NCBI RefSeq assembly: GCF_000150275.1
Contig: NW_002060978.1
Location: 327,611 to 391,610, forward strand
DNA: 64,000 nucleotides
Direction: 5' to 3'
Source: Trichoplax adhaerens
Lineage: Eukaryota; Animalia; Placozoa
Of the stretch, positions 38,792 through 51,877 are shown piece by piece (position 1 is the first letter of the stretch; every line of letters begins with the position of its first letter). Below the pieces are notes generated by a model. That model was not told the DNA's origin. It ran no database searches and saw only the letters and a program-made list of their open reading frames with translations. The translations under genes and the position numbers were made by a program.

Positions 38792-41700
38792 ATAATAAAT
38801 AATAATTAATTAAATTAAGGTATTACTAATATTAGATCTTGATATTGAATTCAATATAAAATGTTTATTATCTCAGCTACATTATACGATTATTTTTTTA
38901 AAATTTACTTATTTATTCTATAATAATTTATAATAAATTCATGATATCTACAACGTGATTTCTATGTTATACTTGTAAGTAAAAGAGGAGCACCTTGAAT
39001 TTTTCATTATTTTTGTATCGATAATAATATACAGCATATTTATTACCATATAATGAAACAATGAATGAAAAGTTTATTCTATATATATATATGTGTATAT
39101 GACTACCTTTACATTTTAGCTACTTTAAAGATCAGTCAATTCTAGATTTCAGGACTTCAGTACCCGAATTTCATTGTTCATCGCTCGCTATAGCATCTTT
39201 TATCAGGTACAGCTATATGTGCATACAAGAATCTGATATTTACTCAGCAAAAAGCATATTAAAAGTATTATACTTACGGCAAATATGTCTTCACCAATTA
39301 AATTGGTTCGTCAAATAAATGAGTTTATCATATGTTATTAATAAAATAAGCATTAGATAAATAGTTATGCTTGAAATATCTCTTGTTTGATGTTTTTCAT
39401 GTGTGCCTTTAATCATAGACTGCATATTGATTTGAATATAAATGGTTTTTAAAGAAGTATTTATTAATTAAGTTACAACTCTATGATTAAAGTGGACGGT
39501 GCTAACTGATGCATTCTCATTGCAAGTGCAGTCTTGGTATATTTTTAGTCGTTTATGAAGAGTTAGCGAAACGTTACAATCAATAAAGCATGTTACTAAA
39601 TAAATTAGAAATAGAAAAAGATAAAACGTTATTACATCTGCAAAATGGCCGCATATTTGATTAACATCAATACAAATAGATATTTAATAAAGAAAATTGT
39701 AATTCAGACTTTATTGTATGACTACACTTAAAATGCTGAAACATTTAAAAAGCTGACAGGAATGTATTCTCTGTGTATGTCATAAACAAACGTTGTAACA
39801 AGAATTGAGCTACTGATAATATAAATACCGAATTAAAATCACAGCCAAGACAAGACTGGTATGTTTTATCAATCTTTTGTTATATGAAAAGACTCTAGTT
39901 ACAAAAGAAATATTGCCTACCAGAACAAGCTTTTGTATTTATTTCTTTTTCCAACTCAGAGTTTATAATACTAGTAAACAAATACAAACGTTTCTCTATT
40001 TTATCCAATATTTTCTAATTCTCTTGTCTAAAACAATGCTTCGTTGTCGTAGCATTGCGTACGTTTTTAAAACTACGCTATCCAAACATGATAATGATAG
40101 CTTCATTAACTTTTGCAACAATAAGTTACTTAATCAACTTCATATACGATTTCTAAGTAGAATATTCTACGTTAGGACGAATATACTTCAGTACATATCG
40201 ATTAATAAATTATAGGATTTATGTTTGACGATATTGATAGTTCTATAAAAGTACAAGGCAATGGCATCTAGACCAGTTATCAGAATTTGGGTTTTAATTT
40301 AAAGTTTAGATTAAATAAGCTTGAAATATTAATACAATGCCTCACGTTATGAGAAAGAAAAGAATGACTCAATTGCATCTGTAGATTAGGTATTTTATTT
40401 CGGTTCTCTCTTTTGTATTAAAACATATTTTCTCACGTATTCTATGATTACGTCGACTTTTCATTACTAGTTCGAGCGTTATATGATTTAAGTATTGATA
40501 TATCAAAAAATCTGAAACCTGTAAATAGATGATAACGTTACTGAATAATTTAAGAAGAGATTAATCAAAAAATCAGATTAGACGTCTCAATTCTCCCGAT
40601 TTCATCTCTATATGCCGTTTACCTGTCTACAAATTAGATTCCTATTTTACTTTCTACCTCCTTTGTACTCTTTATTTATAACTAAATGAAAATATAAGAC
40701 TAACTTTATTCTTCGATGAATTCGAAAACCGAAGGAATTTCTAAACTGTCTGCACGTTACTTACTTCCGAATTTTCCGGTTATTGATAAACTTGAATTGT
40801 TGTGTAGCTCTTGATAGAATTATCGAATAAATATCGATGAATTAATTAGCAGACAAAGGCCTGAATTTTATTATATTACTTGGTAGAAATAGTATGTAAT
40901 GCAAGACTTCGACTATTATAAAAAATGACTTAGTTTTGCTTAAAATTGATAGGATAATCCTATCTATGCAACAACGACTAAATTGAATAAAAATTTTAGT
41001 TCACTAACTAATATAACGAATCAGTACTGCATTGTTTATCCAAAAATTATAATCTTTTTTTGAGTTTTTTAAACTAAGGCTAATGAAAAATGAACAGGGC
41101 ATAGAAGATTAGCATAGTAACTTATTTTAAATTTTAAGTTTTATAATAATTTGGCTCCTAATTAAGTGATTTTTTTTGATTAAATTACCATATATTGAAA
41201 TATCATGTTATTGGACAATTACAAATTAAAAATTAATTTTCTGTATACCATGTAATTTACGTAGTGGTGACCTTGTTCGAAAACTACTTAGGCCATTTTC
41301 TTTACTGGTGAGTACCATTACACGATAGTGGTAACATACTAATAAACATATGAGCTACTAAAAGCTTTGATGCACCAGTATTTACAATGTCGAATGACTG
41401 ATATACCGTAAATTTATCGATACATGGAAAGCTTATTGCTGTAAAATATATTTATCATTTCATATGGTAAGAAAATCTGGTTCATATAGAGGAAACTATT
41501 AGCATCTAACCCTCTAAGCCGCGGGGTACTTATAAAGTATTGAATATAATGTTGCTATGGCTAAATCAGCCGTGACTATTACTGGAACAATTTGCACCTT
41601 AGGGTGACGTCAGCTAATTTATTACTAAAAGGAAGCATTTCATCGAATATTTTCCCTTCTGAATCAGGTTTATATTTAAACTGAAGTAACTAAGGATTTC

Positions 41701-43332
41701 TCATTTTTAGTTAGTATTCAAAAAACTTTGCATTTAATTATATTTATTAGCCATCAGATAATGTTTTGATTACAATTATCTTCATCTGGCTGTACATTAT
41801 TGATCAAAACAATTAATAAACTAATTTGTTATAATATTTTTTAGCTGACTGATGGCTTGAAATTTAATTTAATTTGAAGTCTATTTAAATTAATCAATTG
41901 AATTAATTTTTATACAAATCAGTTTCATTTGATTTCTATTTTTCGATTCATGCTCGCAATTAATTTAGATTTTTATATGCAGTAGGCCAAATAGAGACTG
42001 AATTTTTTTGATTATCACTTAGGCATCTTAATATTTGGTAGAAATTTTAACGTCATCACTTTTTTGTATCATTCAATTTTAAGATCTACAAGCCTTCTTT
42101 ATTTTACGTTCAGCGATGAGTAATTCTAGTTGTCCAAAATTTAAGAATGAATGCCCAATAATTTTATAACAACTGCAAAATACTGATAATTAATGAACTA
42201 AACTATCAAGTGCAAGTGATGAAGAATAAATATCTGTATTTAATTTAATTTGGTCGAAGAGAACATGCGGCCTATAAAAATTATTAGTTTTGATTTTATT
42301 GGAATGTGACGTTTCAAAGTCAAGCGGTATGACAAATTGAGTTGACAATGACAATTGGCAGCTTCATTGGTGTCTATTCAAAATTTTATCCGTAGAAATA
42401 GTGCAATTTCATCTTAAATTTAGTTTATGTTCAGTTAGAATTCAGGAAATGTCGATTAATTTAGTTACCGTTTACAAGCTATCTTACTGAAACTTGTTTA
42501 TTTCCTTCATTTTTTATAAAGAATATTTAGTTGGATCTCATCTATTAAGAACTTGAATAAAAAAATTGGTAAGAGGATGCAAAATGATACTAATTAAAGC
42601 AATAAACTATTGACTAGAAATGATTTGATTTGTTAAATACTGCACCAAATTGTCATATGAATCTGTGCTAGCGTTTGCATCTGTTCGTTATCTCTTTGAC
42701 CTCATTAACACCTGACATTAATTATTTCGATTATAATGGTCTGTGAATCGAATATACAAAATGTTAATCTTGCTTGATATAATTAGTATAATAATTTAAA
42801 AATAATAAGTATTGCGTAGAGGCAAAAAATAAAATACTTGTTTTAACTAAATTTAAAACTACAAATTTGAAATAAACAGAGGTATAACAACAACTTTATG
42901 ACAATAAAACTGTATGAATAGATTTTCATTTTTGATGTGGTAATGATTAATTACTTTCAAAATAGAGCAATAAAATTAATTCGGGCCTTAGCTCCTTTCT
43001 TTGATCAATACCATAATTAACATATTCTTAGATAGCTAATGTACTTTCTTTATTTCTTAAATTAGGATTGATGCGATTTTAATAGCCGATATTTTGAAAG
43101 ATATTCGAAAGCTAGAAAATTCGATGCTGAATCAAGATTAAAGAGCCAGTTTATTAAGTTTTCGCTACAAAAGTTATTCAAGTGAAACTCATGTACATAT
43201 ATTTCTAAAATTTTTGCATCTCTTAAAACAGTTATTCACTAATTCAAGATCCAAAATTCTCTTCCAAAATCTGTAATTCATATCTGCTTGTTTTTGCATC
43301 CAAGTTTAATTATTGAAGTTTTTGTGTCGAAG

Positions 43333-44361
43333 ATGATAAATTCTAAAATTACTGTGTTCGATATTGGAATATTTTATGCTGAAGCAAATACAACAATGAT
43401 TGTTGGTCTCCTTGCGATGGTTTTAAATCTTATTGTAGGCGTAGCATTTATTAAAGGCAAGCGACTGAATACTCCGGCTTCGTTATTTTTGGCTAACTTA
43501 ACAGTAACTGATTTAGTTTGTGCATTATCGTTAATTCTTGATTCTATAACGAATTATATACTCTTGAAGATGCCTATGAACACCCAATACGTTGATTCGC
43601 TTTGCAAATTTAGTAACTTCCTATGCGGTCTATCCTATATTACTTTAAGTGCAAGTCTGTCGGGCCTTAGTACTGAAAGATATAATGTAATCGTACGTAC
43701 TAAGAGTAAAGGCTTCCAAATTAGAACTGCAAAGATCATGGTTGGTTTAATTTGGATTTATGGAGCAGTTGTTGCTACTCCTCTTGTATTTGTTTTTGGA
43801 ATCAATGTTATTATCGAAGATAAAGTTACAAATTACTCTAGATGCGTTTTATTACCAGAAAATTCTACGTTTAATACCATTTATTATTCAGCTGGTTTTA
43901 TAGGGTTGTTTTTATTGCCATTTATGTCCATGCTTTATGCATATTACAAAATTGCTATGAGAATATATAGTAATAAGCGTCCTGGTGAATCTGCTATTCG
44001 TGTTATGACTACTCGTGAAAAAAGCAAGCGCCGCCAAATTATCATTTTATTCTTTATGAGTATGGCTTTTATGCTGTCATCTCTCCCTTACTTTGTATTA
44101 TTACTAATCGTTCCAATATATAGCCTAGATGGCATTAATATATATCATGAAAGTCGAATTTTTTGGATTATGTACGTAACTGCTAAATTACTCTATACAT
44201 GCTCTTGTTTGTATGATCCTATATTGTATAATTTTATTAGACTAAATTTCCGAAAGTCGTTTAAGGACACTTTCAATCCTTGCAGTCCAAAACCTAAGGC
44301 TCAAATTCATCCAACTGGCTCATCAAAAGTGGGTACAACGGAAATTGTTGGCTTTAAGTGA
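43333..44361 (+). CDS. Class A orphan GPCR, about 342 aa from the first ATG (the ORF track starts at TTG 43288)
   Basis: NLTVTD, LCK, ERY, TM4 W, SRC, SSLPY, DPILY, FRK. The first in-frame ATG is at 43333. Confidence 0.93.
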   Translation: MINSKITVFDIGIFYAEANTTMIVGLLAMVLNLIVGVAFIKGKRLNTPASLFLANLTVTDLVCALSLILDSITNYILLKMPMNTQYVDSLCKFSNFLCGLSYITLSASLSGLSTERYNVIVRTKSKGFQIRTAKIMVGLIWIYGAVVATPLVFVFGINVIIEDKVTNYSRCVLLPENSTFNTIYYSAGFIGLFLLPFMSMLYAYYKIAMRIYSNKRPGESAIRVMTTREKSKRRQIIILFFMSMAFMLSSLPYFVLLLIVPIYSLDGINIYHESRIFWIMYVTAKLLYTCSCLYDPILYNFIRLNFRKSFKDTFNPCSPKPKAQIHPTGSSKVGTTEIVGFK

Positions 44362-46312
44362 TAATCATGATCAAAAATTATTAAATATATCTAGGAATTT
44401 GACTATCGCGTGGCTATGGGTAATGCTTGCATTATATTTTATTTAAAGCCTAATTTTAATATTCGTAGAAATAGGCCTTTAGAAAATATTTTATGGTTCA
44501 GTATATCCTTGGCGTCTTAGTAATATTATCTGAATCACGAAATATCTGCTATGACATAACGCTACCCTTAATTTGTATTTATACAGCAATAAAATTAGCT
44601 TTAAAACACAAATGGGATAAAAAATTAAAATTCTGTAATAAATATCATAATATTGCGGAAGGAATTTACTGTATACTAGACCTACCTCCTAGATCGATTG
44701 TTATCTAGTGCGATTAAAAATTTCATGTTATGGAATGCAAATGCCTGCAATAGCCATTTTTACAGCTCTTAAAATTTGCTTTCATTATTCATGATAAAGT
44801 ATAATAAGTATAAGCATTGTTAAAATGCTACTCAGGAAGGAAATAGTTAGCCAATTTACGCCTCGTATGTGTTTTTTAATTCATGTCAAAACCTTTAATG
44901 TCTACATTTACCCAGAAAAATTTCATGAATTTAGAACGATATTGTTGTTACAAGGTACCTGTGTTATAATTTGCTAGTCAGCATTGCTTATGGAAGTAAA
45001 ATAGATAAGAATTAGAAGTAGTTCGAATGGAACTGTGGCATTTTGTTCCTAATATATGCAGTAAATAATGTAATTGTAGTATTTCCTGATAATATATATG
45101 AAGTAAATCTGTATTTTGATGTACGAGCATATCAGCAAAAGCCAAAGGTAACATTTCTGTTACCATTTAGCTTCTACTTACGCATATTTAAAAGTCCATC
45201 TATTATATCACATGAGTTCGTAATTTATTAATTAATTACTTAAATTTCTAAATAAGGTATACTCGTATTACATATGTGTGTACGCTGTAAAATTTCGATC
45301 TTTATGCAGGTATCTATTTATGCTATTGAATGGCTGAGAATGACTAATAAGAAATGAATATTATCAATGTTGCTTTATGGTAATTGCCTTATTTACTTAA
45401 TTTGGAAGTTAATTTATTTCAGATTATCCTTTTATGGTATGATAATTTAGATTACAATTAAATTTCAAATATCATATTGTCAGTGTAATCGTAAAACCCA
45501 CAAAAATGACTAATTACTATTTTTAATTACTCTAGATTCCTTAATCATATTTCTATAAACTGCTTCGTACCATGTTCATGGTTCGTAATCGATTCTCGCT
45601 ACAACATGCTACAACAAGTCTTACTTAACTGTATCAATAATTTTATTTTAATTGATATATCGCTCTACTGTAATTAGTCTCTAAGTAATGTATGCATTTA
45701 ATTAATTAAAATTTCAGGTTTAGATTCACAAATAAATTATAGTAGTAATAACCTTTGATTCTTAAATTTCTGGCTGATTTTATCGTTATTACAGGATCAG
45801 TGGACAGTTTCCATTCGTTTTAATAGTAAGAATAAGATGATCAGAAATTCATCGTAATATTAATTTTTAAATTTCCTAACAGTTCTAAATAATTGTCTGT
45901 CTCATATTCAAATTATGTACCTTATTTTCTAGCGAGATTAAAATGTATCAATAAATCTTGATTTATTGACGTAATTGCAGCTCTAAAACTAATTCAGCTA
46001 GCAATGAAATTTTCAATGCATATAGACTGTTAACTTTGTTGGAAATATAGATCAGACAATGAACTGCAATTCTTGCTCGAAGACTTATTGGTTACATATA
46101 ACCGTTATGGCATTGTAGCGCCTCGGCAGTAGATTTCTTCAGTGATTATTAGTAAAATAATTCTATAGATAGAAGTATTTGATACTGGTGAATAATATTG
46201 GAATTTGTATAGATATTTTACAGTCTTATGTATCGAGAAGAATTATCCGGTTTATCCTAGCCGATGGTCATTTCCAGCTTCGAATGATCTTCTGATAAAG
46301 AACTTACCATAT

Positions 46313-46754
46313 TGTCACAAACCAGCTTCGTGACAAAAATAACGTAAAACAAATCTCTAAATTACTATAGTCTCCGGGATTCAGTATCCCTTTACTATCT
46401 CACAAGAATTTAGACGCCTTTGCTTCTACTTTAAACTCAACTAGACAATTGAGAACTACTTTATTCAACTATCTGACGGGCTTATATACCCTTCTACAGC
46501 AGCTAACATTCATGACTAATCTTATAAAAATACTTAGGTGAGAATATCTACTAAATAATTTTTCATATTCGGACTACAACATGTCCATTCACAGAATCAT
46601 TTCAGTACACATTACAGCACAGCATTAAATTTACTGTAACACATTTATAATTAGAGTAATTCCTATTGTAAGTAACTAGTTGAAATATATTATCACTATA
46701 ATATATTCACAAAATTTAGATAGCTATTTCTTCACGGTAGTTCGTACCGTGACA
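46313..46754 (-). mobile_element. Solo-LTR-like element, family B (B3), perfect TSD CATAT
   Basis: Reverse complement of B2 with TGTCAC...GTGACA ends. Flanks catat/catat. Confidence 0.92.
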
Positions 46755-47078
46755 CATATATAGAATGTAGTTTTATTTTGCATGGTTTTGTATGGAATTA
46801 CGAAAGCTTAAAAATTGGCTAGTGTTACGAAAAACATCTTGATACCAGATCTTCGAATCAAAATATCATCTGAGACAGTTCAATGTGTATAATTATTAAG
46901 ATTTTACTTACATGTTTTAGCTTAGGTAATACAATTCTAAGTCTGTAACATATCTAGCGATAAATTCCATCCTTTATTTGGCCTTCGATGATTATAATAA
47001 ATAATTATAATCAACGAAATAAAAAATTTCTATCACTATAAAGAATTACAGTTTGCAGTTGTTATAATAATACGTTAC

Positions 47079-47616
47079 TGTGACAATGTTATATGCTGAA
47101 TAAGCGTAGAAATATCTATGTTAGGATAATTCTGTTAGCCTATCCTTATTTATTTAACTTCTAAAATCATCTACTTATAGGTGAAATCATTGTGATTATA
47201 ACTTACTTGCGGTAGATTGTAAATTATCGTGGAAATGTTCCGTGATAGGGCATATCGTAATCTGACTATTCCGTATTAGTCATTAGACGTCTACGTTCAT
47301 AAATGCTGTTATCTGCATTAAGGGAGCAGTAGCTAAAATTAATACCTAATTCAGTGAATGCTTCCTAAGTAAATCGTACTAACTATGACTAATGAACTAT
47401 TGAGAAAGAGCATATAAATGAAGTATATCGTGTAATAAAGTGGATTCTTAAACAAAGCGTTTAACGTAAAATACGAGGCGTCTAAGTCTTCGTGTAGTCA
47501 GCTAGTAGAGCAAAAGTGTTTGTGATAGTGCAGATATCGTTCCTTGATACGTTGTTAAAGGAATTGACTTATTGATCGTACATTACATTATCTTGTTGCA
47601 AAGCTGTTTTGTGGCA
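47079..47616 (+). mobile_element. Solo-LTR-like element, family D (D2), with an internal deletion
   Basis: TGTGACA...GTGGCA. Flanks gttac/cttac. TATAAA at 47413 and AATAAA at 47434. Confidence 0.88.
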
Positions 47617-48267
47617 CTTACCTATAAAATAGCTAAATCTTAAGAAAGTATTTAATATGGTTAAAAATATAATAGTAGTGGTAGATTAGATACGTAATGT
47701 TTTAACTCGAATATTACTTATGATAGGCTAATGTATACTTGGTATTGATTGTTATTGTATGTATAGATTGTAGTAAGATAATTAAAATTCTTCCTCACAG
47801 TAATGAAACTAGACAGTGATCATTACTAGATCAAGATTATGTGTCAGAAATAACGTAAAAAATATTCATTTATAGATAAAGCATGATAGGGCTATTTCAG
47901 TTCGAGATGCTTTTCACAGCTAGGTATAATAATTAGTTGGACTAAAGTTGTTTTACTGCAAGATAGTTAATTCGTAAATTGGAATAATGTAAGTGAGGTA
48001 AGGTTGCAATGGTGTCTGTATTAGTAAAAGCTTTGTCTATAAATTACTTTGTTGCGTATTTTACGTTTAATGAATGATCACTTAGGTCAGTAGTTTTATT
48101 TATAGCTTTATTATATTTACCATTATTGCAAACTCAATTTTAGACAGTTGCTTTCTTGATCATGATTTATTTAAAGAATATCTTAACCTAAATTCAAACA
48201 AATTTGACGTATAGGATTAGAGATATACGAGTATTTCGATTTATAGCTATAGAATATCTTACAATGA

Positions 48268-50220
48268 TGTCATGGTACGAACCACCGTGAAGAGCAAATG
48301 ATCAAATTTAGTGTTTAACATTTATATATGGCGATAACTAATAATGACTTGCAGTAAGAACTACGGTAGTTATTATTTTGTTACAGTAAGTTATGCTGTG
48401 TTGCTGTAAGATTTCTCATAAGGCAACTAATATTAATTGATTATAGTGTTATGTCTTGTAACGCTTGTGATGAATATCCTGAAGATATTTAATTATAGAT
48501 GACACTATAAATAATTCTGTGTAAGGGCGTACTGTAGTCTAATTAGCTAGAATCATTCAGTATTTGTCCATAATCATGTGTAATGAAATGAAAAGTGTAG
48601 AGATCAAGCTACAAAACTTTAACAAACTTTCATTCTACTTTCGTTGCACTCCGGTCGACTTAACGCTAATATTTTGACACCAAATAAAATTTTGGGAAAT
48701 AACCAAACAACAACTTATTACAAAACAGAAATGAAGAAAAGTATAAACCGAACGACCTTACAAATACTTAGCTTTAAGTATTAATAAAATAAGTCACAGA
48801 CTTAAAAACTGTCAACGACCAAACAACCTTTCAAAAACGAAAACGATTTAACTTGCGACAATTCGACCCCGAAGGCCTTTTAAATTCAACAAGTTCTTCA
48901 AATAAAATCTTCTTCTACTCTCTGTCTAAATTTTCTAATTTCACTATCATTTATAGGCTTCTTAGAGTCGTCAGAGGTATTTAAAACTAAACATTTGCTA
49001 ACCAATCGCCCTTACGATCCGTTTTAGAAAACTACTCTGCACCATTTAAGAAAACAAAAATCATTCAAAGTTCAGACACAATTTACCCTACGATTCCCTT
49101 ACAAAACACTATAAAACTAACAAGTTAACTATGAAAATACATCAAACTTCACTTCTAACTTAATTTCTATCATTAATACTCTATAAAAGTATAAAAATCA
49201 ACCTTTAAACATCAAAATTTAGTCATAAAAACTACAGTTCAACTACTTAACAATCAACATAACCTCTGCCAATTTCCATCTTATTTTCTATTTTCCTAAC
49301 TAACTTTCCTATTGTGACTTCAAGTCACGTCATAAAATTGCAAAGTTTCAAATTCATAACAAACAGTCCAAATTTCAAAAATCAACTCTTACGATATTTT
49401 CATGAACAAAAATCCAAAAATTAAAACAGGAAAATTATATTGGATATAAATCCGACCGGTTCCGGAATCCGAATCCCCCCAAAATCCGAATTTTATAAAG
49501 ATTATAGTAATCGCTATTTCGCTAATCATAAAATTTTATATGACTATCACGAATACTTTTCTGACGTTAGTAGCGCTGAGTATTGATAGTTGATGTTTTA
49601 GGGTCAGATTGTACGGTAACTGTACGATTATAGACTACATTATAGTACTTTATCGTCATGTTATAAATCCCCTTTCTCTAAGGATAGGGTTTTGTTACTA
49701 AATCAAATTCATTTACAATTTGAATAGACGATCAAACGCCCTTTCTTTAGATTAGGCTATTGCTCTAGGGCTACTTCTATAGTAATCTATATAATACCTT
49801 GTAAAATAATGAAGAAGAAAAGTTTACGACGTGATGATTTGGCAGGGTTAAACTTAAAGACACTATCACTTTCTAGGTATTTTGTACAGTAAAATAGTAC
49901 TAGTTACATACTGAAGGTTATAAAGGACTCTACTTTTAGTCCTTTACTACACATGGATATTGTCTGTATTGATTTAGCTATCCTATATGAGCTAAATTTC
50001 ATGAACTGTTATGACTCATACATGATAGCTACTGCCGAAGGGTATTTAACCCTGGTTAAGCTCGGCAGATAATTGAATAAAAGAAGAGCTTTATAGTTGT
50101 TTTAACGTAGAAGCATAGGCGTCTAAATTCTTGTGAGGTAGTTAAGTGATACTGAATCCCGGAGACTATAGTAGTTTTAGAGATTTGTTTTACGTTATCT
50201 TTATCACGATGCCGGCATGT
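48268..50220 (+). mobile_element. Family B-related LTR (family E), split by C2, 3' end truncated
   Basis: Starts TGTCATGGTACGAACCACCGTGAAG. Region 50100-50210 closely matches the 3' part of family B. No terminal CA or right TSD was found, so the end coordinate is approximate. Confidence 0.8.
48579..49951. mobile_element. Family C element (C2), longest uninterrupted copy, 1373 bp, 4-bp TSD CATG
   Basis: TGTAATGAAATG...CTTTACTACA. Flanks catg/catg. No ORF in the track. Confidence 0.92.
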
Positions 50221-50345
50221 TTGGGTACCGTCTATAAACTGTCAGCCCATTTCTCAGTACTTGGTACAAGAGTAAATATCGTACTTTACCGTTCCATCAT
50301 CAATAGCAGCCCTCCGAGATACTTCATTTTATGCAGACCATTACA
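50220..50345 (+). repeat. Second copy of the 36911..37035 repeat, abutting the truncated end of LTR E
   Basis: By-eye alignment with roughly two-thirds of positions identical over about 125 bp. Confidence 0.7.
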
Positions 50346-50893
50346 GATAGTGATAGATAATGTGACACCGACGACAACGTAAACGTGTATGTAACATATT
50401 ACATTTGTACGGACTTTATTTAGAATTAAAAAAACACAACTTACTTTATTATGATAGAAACATGTTTCTATGAAGTAAATTGATCATAGCTCAAAAAATT
50501 GCAAATGACAGGTTATAAATGCTTACTAATAAGCGATTTATTTGCAAATTATGTGATATTCAGAAATAATTTGTGCAAAGTCGTAAAGAAATTACATGTA
50601 TTTTCATGGAAATGCTATAGTTGAGCTAAAACTATCCCTACAGTTAAAGAAACAAATCTGCAGTACATATGCTACGTAGAATTGAATTTATTTATTGCTA
50701 TAAAAAGTTGTATATATTTATCGAAATGAAATGGCCCATAATCAAATTCATTTCGTATCAAACTAATATAGATCAGCTAAAGTAATTCCTTCTGTAACTG
50801 TCTAGTATCGGAAGTTTACCTTTCTAAGTAATATTTTCAAATGATTATAGTAGATAGTATGAAGTTAATTATTACAATAAACAAATATAAGAT

Positions 50894-51877
50894 TTATTGA
50901 TGCAGAGCTTTGATAATAATTCTATAGATAAATGGATTGATAATACCTGGAATGATAGTTAATATTCTAGAAATTTGGAAAAATTTCCAAAGATCACTTT
51001 TGGGGTTTTTATCAAATTCATTATAAAATATTTTGCTTAAGGATGAAAGCATAAAGCTAATAACTAAAGGGGTAAAGCTGGCGAAAGTTAAGAAAGTTAT
51101 AATAATTAGCGGTAATACGGTATCTTTACCTTTCCATGCTAATTTTGAATGCTTACCTTTTATGTTATTAAGTTGCATTGAACGAGTCATGGTATAGCGG
51201 ACAATATAATTGCCGGTATAACTGATAGTGATGACAGTGAATGGAATAACAACTGTAAAGCACATAAATGCGATGGAAGTGATAGCAATAAAGAAGTTAC
51301 TGCCGGTGTTAATGATACAGTAATATGGGAATGGATCAGTAACGCCATAAATAACTGCTAATAAAGTAGATGTTATCATAGGTATTAGCCACGTAGCTAT
51401 AGCTATTAAAATATTTCTTTTTCGCGTTTTAGATTCATTTAATAAGTGAATAACTTCGTGAAAACGCTGTAAGCTAATTAGTGCTAATGTTATAGCTGAA
51501 CTTGTTATTGCCAAACTTATACAAAACAGTCGAATTTTGCATATAATATTACCCGAAGGCGAGGAATAGCTAATACTCTTTGGACCATGAAAGACAGATA
51601 TCGTTTGGTAGATGTAATTCGCCGTTAAAATGAAGCAATTTAAAATATCTGATATGGAGAGATTAATTAGAAGATAGAGTAAAGTTATTTTAGACTCAAA
51701 ATCCTTTAGTACTATTAAATGAGGAATTGAACTTTTTCGTGTTGCATGCAATATCAGTGTCCATACCGCAATAATATTAAAAATTAAACCACATAAACCA
51801 AGGGTGGAAAATATAATTCCCTTTAGAGCTTGTTTAAAGTATAAGTCTTTGGTCGCTGTTGCATTTATTTGATCCAT
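50894..51877 (-). CDS. Class A orphan GPCR, about 327 aa from ATG 51877, very short C-tail
   Basis: GLIFN, NLSISD, ICK, QRF, TM4 W, ECL2 YYC, SFTP, NPFIY. The ORF track starts at a non-ATG codon (51931); MDQINAT carries an N-glycosylation sequon. Confidence 0.88.
   Translation of the reverse strand: MDQINATATKDLYFKQALKGIIFSTLGLCGLIFNIIAVWTLILHATRKSSIPHLIVLKDFESKITLLYLLINLSISDILNCFILTANYIYQTISVFHGPKSISYSSPSGNIICKIRLFCISLAITSSAITLALISLQRFHEVIHLLNESKTRKRNILIAIATWLIPMITSTLLAVIYGVTDPFPYYCIINTGSNFFIAITSIAFMCFTVVIPFTVITISYTGNYIVRYTMTRSMQLNNIKGKHSKLAWKGKDTVLPLIIITFLTFASFTPLVISFMLSSLSKIFYNEFDKNPKSDLWKFFQISRILTIIPGIINPFIYRIIIKALHQ

Noticed and set aside
43333-44361. Opsin, because of a Lys in TM7
   Set aside because: The Lys is at 7.39; position 7.43 (the retinal-binding Lys in opsins) is Thr.
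50215-50345. RNase H-like reading LVPSTEKWADSL*TVPKH on the minus strand
   Set aside because: The homologous copy at 36911 has stops at the same two positions in that frame, so it is unlikely to be the ancestral coding frame.
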